Under the pieces are notes generated by a model. It saw nothing but the letters and a program-made list of their open reading frames with translations, was not told the origin of the DNA and ran no database searches. From Candidatus Methanophaga sp. AG-394-G06 (GTDB lineage: Archaea; Halobacteriota; Syntropharchaeia; Alkanophagales; Methanospirareceae): a DNA stretch of 49,479 nucleotides. The position numbers were made by a program, and so were the translations under genes. This document shows positions 18,734-26,620 of the stretch, piece by piece (position 1 is the first letter of the stretch; every line of letters starts with the position of its first letter). The DNA lies in NCBI GenBank assembly GCA_009903405.1, contig PRCZ01000005.1, positions 1 to 49,479 of the forward strand, read 5' to 3'.

Positions 18734-19105
18734 TTATTCTCCTCCCTTTGCCACTTCAGTTTCTGTTACTTTCGCATCTTCCGTTTCTACTACTTTTGCA
18801 TCTTCCTTTTCCACTTCGCCCTCGCCCAAGCTACCAAAATTTCTTTTTGATATATGCTCTCGCTCTACTTCCCTCAACCTATCTTCACTTTCATACACCT
18901 TTGCGTAGCCAACCGTTTCCCTCTTCCCAAATTCCGTTTTCATCCTATCGATTACAAGAAGGTTTTGAGTGCTCCGAAGCTCTTTTATTAATGCATTACG
19001 CGCTTCTGCTCTGCCCGGTGAAGCTCCCTCATGCTTCAGTCTAAAGAAGACTTCCTTTCTCATCAACAGTTGATTATTGGCCTCTTTTGTTATCTCTATC
19101 TCCAT
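18734..19105 (-). CDS. rps24e: 30S ribosomal protein eS24
   Basis: NQLLMRKEV, TEFGKRETVGYAKVY; acidic tail with 8-aa repeats. Confidence 0.95.
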   Translation of the reverse strand: MEIEITKEANNQLLMRKEVFFRLKHEGASPGRAEARNALIKELRSTQNLLVIDRMKTEFGKRETVGYAKVYESEDRLREVEREHISKRNFGSLGEGEVEKEDAKVVETEDAKVTETEVAKGGE

Positions 19106-19162
19106 ATCTTTCTCTTCTCCCTATAATACTATTACTACATTATTATGATTAATATCTCTAAT

Positions 19163-19348
19163 TCACCTTACCTTCAATGCATATCGCCCCTCTTTCGTTA
19201 TGCCCAATTTCTTCGCTATCTCGGACTCTGCTACATCTATAATCGCCACATACCCACTCCAGTCACCACTAACTGAATTAGAGCCACATACACATACTAC
19301 CTTTCCACTTTCCACTATCCTATGGCAATCTCGGCATGCCTTTTCCAT
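19163..19348 (-). CDS. spt4: Transcription elongation factor Spt4 (RpoE'')
   Basis: ACRDCH...CVCGS, WSGYV, SEIAKKLGI, GRYALKVR. Confidence 0.95.
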   Translation of the reverse strand: MEKACRDCHRIVESGKVVCVCGSNSVSGDWSGYVAIIDVAESEIAKKLGITKEGRYALKVR

Positions 19349-19950
19349 TAATCCTCCCCCTTCTTCTCCGCCTTCTCCGCATCCACCTTCTTCTTCTCCT
19401 CAGCCTCTGCATCGTCAGCCTCTAGCCACTCTAATTTACCCAAGCCCGGCTGCCGCATTGTTAACCCGATCTTACTATCACCTGGGTCCCGCTCATTTAG
19501 CGAAATTGCAACTATCCTTGCACGTACCTTATCTCCCTCACCCAATGTCCTACTAGTATCCTTAGTGACGAGTTTCGCACCCTTCTCGTCATATGAGATG
19601 TATTCATCAGTAATCTGGCTGATATGTAACAAACCATCTAAGGGACCTATCTCCACAAAAGCGCCAAATTCTACTATCTCTACCACGGCCCCTTCTACTA
19701 TCTCCTGCATTTTGGGCCTGAAAACGAGTGCATCAAAGATCGTTTCATAATAGACGCCTGCGTCACCGATCATTATCCGTCCCTCTTTTACATCCACAAT
19801 GTCCTGTATTGCAATGAACATCCCCAGCTTTTTATCCATTCGCCCCTCCAGTCTATCTTGTAACATTTCCTTCACGACAACCCGTAGATCATCCCCTAAC
19901 CTCTCAGGCGGCACTCTTACTACATCAATCGCACTTACCTTTGTATACAT
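19348..19950 (-). CDS. rpoE1: RNA polymerase subunit Rpo7 (E')
   Basis: VRVPP, S1 domain FGAFVEIGPLDGLLHISQI, KIGLTMRQPGLGKLEW. Confidence 0.96.
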   Translation of the reverse strand: MYTKVSAIDVVRVPPERLGDDLRVVVKEMLQDRLEGRMDKKLGMFIAIQDIVDVKEGRIMIGDAGVYYETIFDALVFRPKMQEIVEGAVVEIVEFGAFVEIGPLDGLLHISQITDEYISYDEKGAKLVTKDTSRTLGEGDKVRARIVAISLNERDPGDSKIGLTMRQPGLGKLEWLEADDAEAEEKKKVDAEKAEKKGED

Positions 19951-20029
19951 CTTTCTTTTATCCTGCTTCGCCTTAACTTACATACCTATATCTGTTTGTT
20001 TTGAATTTATTTGGGCTTTTATATCTACT

Positions 20030-22441
20030 CTACGATTGTGATTTATCAATTCTAGCCTCCACTTCCGCAACATGTAACCGCGTAGATATTATCGCATCCG
20101 AGTTCAACGATATTGAATCTATACCACATTCAACAAGAAACTCAGCAAATTCAGGGAAATCGCTCGGCGCCTGGCCACAAATACCTATCTTTCTTCTCGG
20201 CTCGTGTGCATGTGCAACATTTATGACATGCTTCACTAACCGCTTCACCGCTTCGCTCCTCTCGTCAAATAAGCGTGCAACGAGGGCGGAATCCCTATCC
20301 AAACCAAGTGTTAGCTGTGTCAGATCGTTCGACCCTATACTGAACCCGTCAAATACTTCTGCAAATTCATCTGCTAAAATGACATTTGAGGGGACCTCAC
20401 ACATCACATACACTTCCAGTCCCTTTTCGCCTTGTTTCAAGCCAAAACTCGCCATCGTCTCTATTACTCTCTTACCTTCTTCTGGCGTCCTGCAAAACGG
20501 AACCATTACCTTTACATTGGTCAACCCCATCTCTTCCCTAACTTTCTTTATCGCTTCGCATTCTAATCCGAATGCGGGTCTGAATTTATCATCGTAATAA
20601 CGAGACGCACCTCGCCAACCGATCATCGGGTTACTCTCCTCAGGCTCGTAGAGATATCCCCCTATCAGATTGGCATACTCATTTGTCTTGAAATCGGAAA
20701 ACCGCACTATCACGTCATTAGGATAAAATCCCGCTCCTATCTTACCTATACCCATCGCTAAATTGTCAATAAAGAATTGCACCTTGTCCTCATATGATGC
20801 GCTTCGCTCGTCTATCGCTTTAATTACTCTCGCTATTTTCTTGTCCTCTACCGCCATCCGCTTTAATTTCTCATACTCTATCAGTGCCTGGGGGTGTATG
20901 CCGATATAAGAATTGATTATGAACTCCTCGCGGGCTAAACCAACGCCGTCATTGGGAATTTGACCTTGAACAAATGCATTTTCCGGAACTCCAGCATTCA
21001 TCATTATCCTAGTACGAGGTCTTGGAAGGGTGTCTAGAGCCAGTTTGTCCACACGATATTTCAACTTGCCTTCGTATATCTGCCCTATACCCTCGGAGCA
21101 ATCTACAGTGGCATCTTTTACACCCTTTAGTGCTTTTGTACCATTATCTGTTCCGATAACACATGGTGTTCCCAGTTCCCTTGAAATTATAGCGGCGTGG
21201 CAGGTTCTTCCACCCCTGTTCGTGACAATAGCAGCTGCTATTTTCATTATCGGCTCCCAGTCTGGGTCGGTCATATGAGTTACCAGAACTTGCCCGGGCT
21301 TGAATTTTAGGATGTCTTTTGGATTCTCTATTATATTTACTTCACCATATCCGATTTTGTGTCCCACCGCCTCGCCTTGAGCAAGCAGTGTACCTTCCTC
21401 CTCCAGCACGTACGTCTCGGAGATCGCAAAATCCTTCTGTGAATGTACCGTTTCTGGTCTCGCCTGAACGATGAAGAGTTCATTTGTTATCCCATCCTTT
21501 GCCCATTCGATGTCCATTGGTCCGCCGTAATGGTCTTCTATAATGCAGGCCCATCTCGCCAATGTGAGCACTTCATCGTCACTCAGCATGAATCGGTTTC
21601 GCTCTTCTTTAGTTACATTCTGCTGTTTCGTCCCGGTTCCTTTATCTTTATAAACCAGTTTCTTTCTCTTCGCACCCAATTTCTTCTCCACTATCGGTCT
21701 AAATCCCGCCTTTAGTGTCGGCTTGAATACATAAAACTGGTCGGGATTTATAGTGCCTTGTACTACGTTCTCGCCCAAGCCGTATGCACCAGTTATGAAA
21801 ACCGCGTCCTTGAAACCTGATTCGGTATCTATGGAGAACATAACGCCTGAACTTGCTAAATCCGAGCGAGCCATCTTCTGCACGCCAACGGATAGATAGA
21901 CACCGAGATGGTCAAATCCTTTATCCACACGATATGATATTGCCCTATTAGTAAATAATGATGCGAAGCATTCCATAACCTTTTTGAGCAATTTCTCTTC
22001 ACCCTTTACGTTCAGATACGTCTCTTGCTGTCCCGCAAAGGAAGCGGTAGGTAGATCTTCCGCAGTTGCACTGCTCCTCACCGCTACGTCAACCCCCGCA
22101 CCATATCGTTTCTCCATTTCTCTATAAGCAAGCCTTATCTCTTCCTCTAAGTCTGCAGGACAACCAGCATCAGTTATTAGCGCTCTTAGCTTACTGCCCC
22201 TTATAGACAAATTCTCCATATCGTGCGTGTCCAAATCCGACAGTGTATCCCGGATCTCCTCTCGTATCCCCGCTTCTTCGATTACATGTCTATATGCCTC
22301 TGCAGTGATAGCGAATCCAAAGGGTACGTTCACATCTTTTTCTTGCAGATTTCTTATCATTTCGCCCAGGGATGCATTCTTACCTCCAACTAGGGCTACA
22401 TCGCCTGCTCCGACCTCATCAAACCATTTTATAAATTTCAT
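20030..22441 (-). CDS. ppsA: Phosphoenolpyruvate synthase
   Basis: VGGKNASLGEM, VAVRSSATAEDLP, GGRTCHAAI phospho-His, SDFKTNEY, FSIGSNDLTQ. Confidence 0.97.
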   Translation of the reverse strand: MKFIKWFDEVGAGDVALVGGKNASLGEMIRNLQEKDVNVPFGFAITAEAYRHVIEEAGIREEIRDTLSDLDTHDMENLSIRGSKLRALITDAGCPADLEEEIRLAYREMEKRYGAGVDVAVRSSATAEDLPTASFAGQQETYLNVKGEEKLLKKVMECFASLFTNRAISYRVDKGFDHLGVYLSVGVQKMARSDLASSGVMFSIDTESGFKDAVFITGAYGLGENVVQGTINPDQFYVFKPTLKAGFRPIVEKKLGAKRKKLVYKDKGTGTKQQNVTKEERNRFMLSDDEVLTLARWACIIEDHYGGPMDIEWAKDGITNELFIVQARPETVHSQKDFAISETYVLEEEGTLLAQGEAVGHKIGYGEVNIIENPKDILKFKPGQVLVTHMTDPDWEPIMKIAAAIVTNRGGRTCHAAIISRELGTPCVIGTDNGTKALKGVKDATVDCSEGIGQIYEGKLKYRVDKLALDTLPRPRTRIMMNAGVPENAFVQGQIPNDGVGLAREEFIINSYIGIHPQALIEYEKLKRMAVEDKKIARVIKAIDERSASYEDKVQFFIDNLAMGIGKIGAGFYPNDVIVRFSDFKTNEYANLIGGYLYEPEESNPMIGWRGASRYYDDKFRPAFGLECEAIKKVREEMGLTNVKVMVPFCRTPEEGKRVIETMASFGLKQGEKGLEVYVMCEVPSNVILADEFAEVFDGFSIGSNDLTQLTLGLDRDSALVARLFDERSEAVKRLVKHVINVAHAHEPRRKIGICGQAPSDFPEFAEFLVECGIDSISLNSDAIISTRLHVAEVEARIDKSQS

Positions 22442-22603
22442 GATTTAGCACCTATTTGCACTCTAAACATCTTTTTTTTTTCATACATAAAAAGATACGT
22501 CTCTTTTTCTTCTTCTCCTGTTCATCAACCATGACTCCGCTTCTATCATATCTTAGGTCCGGCGAATGTGCTCAATAACGTGTGTAAAATCCTAAAACAT
22601 AAT

Positions 22604-22888
22604 ATGAAAAAAGATTATGTAGTCGTCGCAGTTCTGTTAGTAGCACTCGTCAGCACGAGTTACGTTATCGGTGCCTCTCAAGAAGGGAGAGGCAATGTGA
22701 ACAGCGACCAAATCGCAGTTCAAAGCAACAATGAGACACTACCAGGTAACAATGATACGGGGCAAGATGTGGAGAAGGCAAGACCTATGTTCGTACTTGT
22801 GAGGATTGCTACATCTGCTGTTACAGAAAGGACGATCGCGGTCCTGGGTGTTATCGTACGGCGAGATGCTGGTATTTTTTCCATATAA
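22604..22888 (+). CDS. Short hypothetical exported protein, possibly a remnant
   Basis: MKK + hydrophobic signal peptide, then short polar region. Confidence 0.4.
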   Translation: MKKDYVVVAVLLVALVSTSYVIGASQEGRGNVNSDQIAVQSNNETLPGNNDTGQDVEKARPMFVLVRIATSAVTERTIAVLGVIVRRDAGIFSI

Positions 22889-23330
22889 CCTAACCATGGA
22901 GATATGCTGATTTCTGTCAGAAGGTCTGTATTCTTCTGAAAACATAAATGCTCTAATTGCCTATAACATCGCATTATAAAGTTCATCCATCGTCTTCATT
23001 TCCTAAAGTTTGACGCATATACGATTTGTGTAACTCGATCGAGACATCGCACGGATCAAAGAGGGTTTTACGAATAATTGAAAGAGGCGTCACCCGAATT
23101 AAGGATTGCAATCAATGTTGGTATTATGTTTAAAGCCTCTGAACATTCATGACATCGTTTTATATGCTCCTGTCTGGAACTGAAAAAAGGTCCCATTCAT
23201 AGAATATTTCCAATACAAAGGGTAAAGAAAGAGAACACAGAGCACCGGAAGAGATTGTCGCTAGCATTGTTGAGAAGGAAGATAGAAGCTCTAAACTGTG
23301 GTTTGAAACACAATCCAAGGTGAAGAGAGG

Positions 23331-23472
23331 ATGAAAAAAAATACATTTTGATGGTGCCACAATACCAAATCCCGGTAAAATGGGGATAGGCGTAGTTTTA
23401 ATTGAAAATAGCTACATAAACGAAGAAGAAAACAGTTCAGAAAAAGTTGTTTTAATAATAGAACATTACTAA
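23331..23472 (+). pseudogene. RNase HI-like N-terminal remnant
   Basis: IHFDGATIPNPGKMGIGVVL resembles the FDG...NPG..G.G motif; ATG is out of frame by one A in an A8 run; the remainder is missing. Confidence 0.6.
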
Positions 23473-23587
23473 CTTATAGGGCGGTATTCACAAATGTCAG
23501 ACAAATCGGAAAAAGGTCAAACCGAGGAGATGAGTCAGCAAGAGGCAATAAAACACTTAACTATTCTTAGTTGCTCATAGATAACTA

Positions 23588-24031
23588 ATGAAATACTCAG
23601 AAGCAAAACAGGGCCGGACATTTGTTATACGGCTCGAAGACGGCGATATTATTCATGAAAAGCTAGAGGAATTTGCTCGTGTGCATTCGATTAATGCGGC
23701 GGCATTGATAGCAGTTGGAGGTGCAGACGAAGGTAGCAAGCTGGTTGTTGGACCGGAGCAAGGTAGGAGTAAGCCTATTACGCCAATGGAGCATATCTTA
23801 AGAGATGTTCGTGAAATATCAGGTGTCGGGACCATATTTCCCGATAAAGATCATAACCCTGTCTTGCACATGCATATTGCCTGTGGTCGTGAAGAATCTA
23901 CGGTAACTGGCTGTGTCCGTAGGGGTGTGAAGGTGTGGCATCTTCTGGAACTAATTCTTTTTGAATTGCTCGATTCGAGCGCATCTCGTATCTTTGATGA
24001 GCAGATTGGGTTTGAGCTGTTGGAGCCGTGA
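23588..24031 (+). CDS. PPC/DUF296 domain protein
   Basis: RLEDGD, EISGVGTI, LHMHIACG motif. Confidence 0.88.
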   Translation: MKYSEAKQGRTFVIRLEDGDIIHEKLEEFARVHSINAAALIAVGGADEGSKLVVGPEQGRSKPITPMEHILRDVREISGVGTIFPDKDHNPVLHMHIACGREESTVTGCVRRGVKVWHLLELILFELLDSSASRIFDEQIGFELLEP

Positions 24032-24039
24032 GATAAGGC

Positions 24040-24882
24040 ATGAGAGACAAGTGGACGAAATTCTGCCCGAAATGCGGTACGCAAACAGACGAACTCTTTG
24101 ATTCCCTATGTGAAGACTGCTTTAAGCGAGAGATAAAGTTAATCGAACCCACAGGGATAAGTGTGAGTATATGCAGGACCTGTGGCTGTTACTTTAAAGG
24201 CAATGAGAGAACGAGCATAGAGGCGGTTGTGGAAGCTACAATAAGGAAAGAGATATGGAAGAAGTATGGATGCGACAGTAAAGTCGAGATAAAAGAGATA
24301 AAGACAGGAGATAAGCGTGCACACGTAGTTCTAATCGCGAAAGCCGAACTAAGAGGTCTGCAGCTAACAGAAAACGGAGAACTTGAGGTCCTTTTGAAAC
24401 GAGAGTCATGTGAACGATGCAACCGGATAGCAGGCGGATATTACGCGGGAATAGTGCAGATAAGAGCAGATGACCGAATCCCAACAGATGACGAGCTGGC
24501 AATAGCGGAAAAAGTCGCACATTCGTCGCTAATCGAGCCGGATTTTATATCCAAAGAGGTGTTGTTGAAGGAAGGGCTGGACATTTATGTTAGCAGTATG
24601 GAATGCGGTCGCATGATCTCGAATGCGATAGTGAGACGATTCGGCGGCAGCTATTCGAGAAGTCAGAAATTATACGGCCGGAAAGATGGTAGAAACGTAT
24701 ACCGGATCTCTTTTTCGGTTCGTATGCCCGGGTTTAGGGTGGGAGACGTGCTGGAAATCGGAGACAAACGCATTTCCATAGAGAAGATGGTAGAAGGGCG
24801 AGGGATAGAGGGCGTGGATATAGACACTGACGAGCGCGTGTTCCTGAGTAAGCGAGAGACGATGAAAGCGAAACGGGTGTGA
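24040..24882 (+). CDS. nmd3: NMD3-family ribosome biogenesis protein
   Basis: FCPKCG..LCEDC, CRTCG, CERCNR...GYY.GIVQIR, KLYGRKDG. Confidence 0.9.
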   Translation: MRDKWTKFCPKCGTQTDELFDSLCEDCFKREIKLIEPTGISVSICRTCGCYFKGNERTSIEAVVEATIRKEIWKKYGCDSKVEIKEIKTGDKRAHVVLIAKAELRGLQLTENGELEVLLKRESCERCNRIAGGYYAGIVQIRADDRIPTDDELAIAEKVAHSSLIEPDFISKEVLLKEGLDIYVSSMECGRMISNAIVRRFGGSYSRSQKLYGRKDGRNVYRISFSVRMPGFRVGDVLEIGDKRISIEKMVEGRGIEGVDIDTDERVFLSKRETMKAKRV

Positions 24883-24910
24883 AAAGCGGTAAAAATCAGC
24901 AAATGATTTT

Positions 24911-24989
24911 GTATTTGTATATTTCTTGCCACCGAGTACACCGAGAGCACCGAGTTTTTTCCCTCAGTGTGCTCTGTGGTCTCTGTGGC
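24911..24989. repeat. Hairpin element with 9-bp units (family 1 variant)
   Basis: GTATTTGTATA then GCCACCGAG-TACACCGAG-AGCACCGAG / CTCAGTGTG-CTCTGTGGT-CTCTGTGGC. Confidence 0.75.
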
Positions 24990-25034
24990 TATCACTTTTG
25001 ATTTTTTTGTTTATTTTATCGGTTCCCCATAGCA

Positions 25035-25669
25035 TCAAGTAAAGTAGCTCGTCCAAGGCATCATTAATGGATAATTGTCACAGTCTCCACCTATGCTATA
25101 AGAAGAATCGCCAATTCCATCTCCGTCGGAATCGCTACCGTTGTAATCGCCCCAGTAGTTGCCCAAGTACTTCGTGTAGGTATTACCGCTATAAGTGTAG
25201 GTTATTGTAGAAGGGGAATGCCAAATATTGGTAGAATTAAGAGAATCTGCATTGACCAAGAAGTTATCGACAAAGTTGTTTAGATAAATGCTGTTGTTAC
25301 ACGAAGAAAAGTTCAAACATATACCATTGTTTCCATTGTTCTTTGCCGTGTTATTTGCAATCATGTTCTCGCTTGAAGTCCAAAGAACAATACCCGCCTG
25401 AAGGTTCGAGTCCACAGTGTTGCCTACTACCGCGTTATTCTGTGATGCGTCTAACGTTATCCCATGATGGTTAACATTGTTCGAGGCATCATTATCAGAA
25501 ATCCTGTTGTCGCTAGAATAGCTTAAATAGATACCTGTATTTGTGTTGTCCGAGCAGTTACTGTTTGCTATTATGTTCTCATTAGAATAGCGAAAACAGG
25601 AGATTCCCGCACCACTGTTTGAATTGGCGTTATTATTGGCCAAGCGATTATTGTTAGAATGAGACCTTA
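25035..25669 (-). pseudogene. 3' half of a NosD/CASH parallel beta-helix surface protein, truncated at the IS end
   Basis: Asn-rich GI.L..S.NN repeats, GNYWGDY.G.D.DGDGIGD..Y, DNYPLM; reading frame runs up to the IS terminus and has no native N-terminus. Confidence 0.8.
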
Positions 25670-26208
25670 GGGGGCGTCACAGAATAACTGTGCCAAGTTC
25701 ATGACGACGGATAGATAGTATAGTTCCATTCTCCATGGAAGCCATTGCGTTTAATGTTGACTGCTTCCAGCTCTTCCTTCGAGATTTTACAGTCGATATG
25801 GTATGTGTTGGTGTCGAGTTCGCAATGTATCCCGAGTCCGTTTTTTGTACTCGTAGCACCAATGAGATTCACCATCACTTCGTGACTGACGAGCGGCTTT
25901 CCTCGCCAGTTTTGATTTATAAAGGAGAACATGTGGTGTTCGATTTTGTTCCACTTACTCGTTCCCGGGGGGAAATGACAAACGGAAATCGGAAAGCCGA
26001 GTTCATTGGCAAGGTTCTGAAGCGCCATCTTCCAGAGCCTGACACGGTAGCCATTACTACCGCCTCCATCGGCCGTGATAAGTAATTGCTGGGCATTGGG
26101 ATAGAGCTTCCGCCCCATCGAGTACCACCATCGGCGAATGGTCATCATTCTTACATTGCATGTAATTTCAATAAGTGGTAGTTAATATAGTTATTTCGTG
26201 ACGCTCCC
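25670..26208 (-). mobile_element. ISAzo13-family remnant with ~20-bp imperfect terminal inverted repeats
   Basis: GGGGGCGTCACAGAATAACT vs AGTTATTTCGTGACGCTCCC (17/20 inverted); TTA flanks both ends. Confidence 0.8.
25699..26148 (-). pseudogene. ISAzo13-family DDE transposase, C-terminal fragment
   Basis: LLITADGGGSNG, HFPPGTSKWNKIEH, NWRGKPL, FHGEWNYTI. Confidence 0.9.
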
Positions 26209-26469
26209 TTAGGAGTTCTTGTATCAGCAGTAGGAATAACTGCGTCAATCTTGATATTTGAGAAGAAAAGAGTTGGTGTCATTCTTGCTTTAATTTGGTC
26301 TGCATTACAGTTCTTATCATTACAAATAGATTCGTTTGGTTTTAATTTCATCCAATTTTTGGATTTGCGTTTTTATTTTAGTATCGGAGGTGCGGATTTC
26401 GGAATAAATCTCTTTGCGATTGTATTATTCTGTTTATTCTTTATAAAACGGAATGAATTGGATATTTAG
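26209..26469 (+). pseudogene. 3' fragment of a membrane protein starting at the IS end
   Basis: Hydrophobic open frame LGVLVSAVGITASILIFEKK... begins exactly at the flanking TTA with no ATG. Confidence 0.55.
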
Positions 26470-26470
26470 C

Positions 26471-26616
26471 GTATATAATGTATAACTACCGCCTATTTAA
26501 TTTAGGACGCAGATTTACACTGATTTACACGGACTTATTCAAGTTTGACCTTGTTGATCATTATCATCTGTGTCAATCTGCGTTAATCTGTGTCAATAAT
26601 TGATTTTAGTTTGTTC
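26471..26616. repeat. Hairpin-element family 1, complete copy (inverted relative to 16296-16426)
   Basis: GGACGCAGATTTACACTGATTTACACGGA ... ATCTGTGTCAATCTGCGTTAATCTGTGTCAATAATTGATTTTAGTTTGTTC. Confidence 0.88.
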
Positions 26617-26620
26617 CCAG

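Noticed and set aside
19163-19348. CxxCH (CRDCH) as a heme-binding site
   Set aside because: It is part of the cytoplasmic Spt4 zinc ribbon; no signal peptide and no multiheme protein seen in the window.
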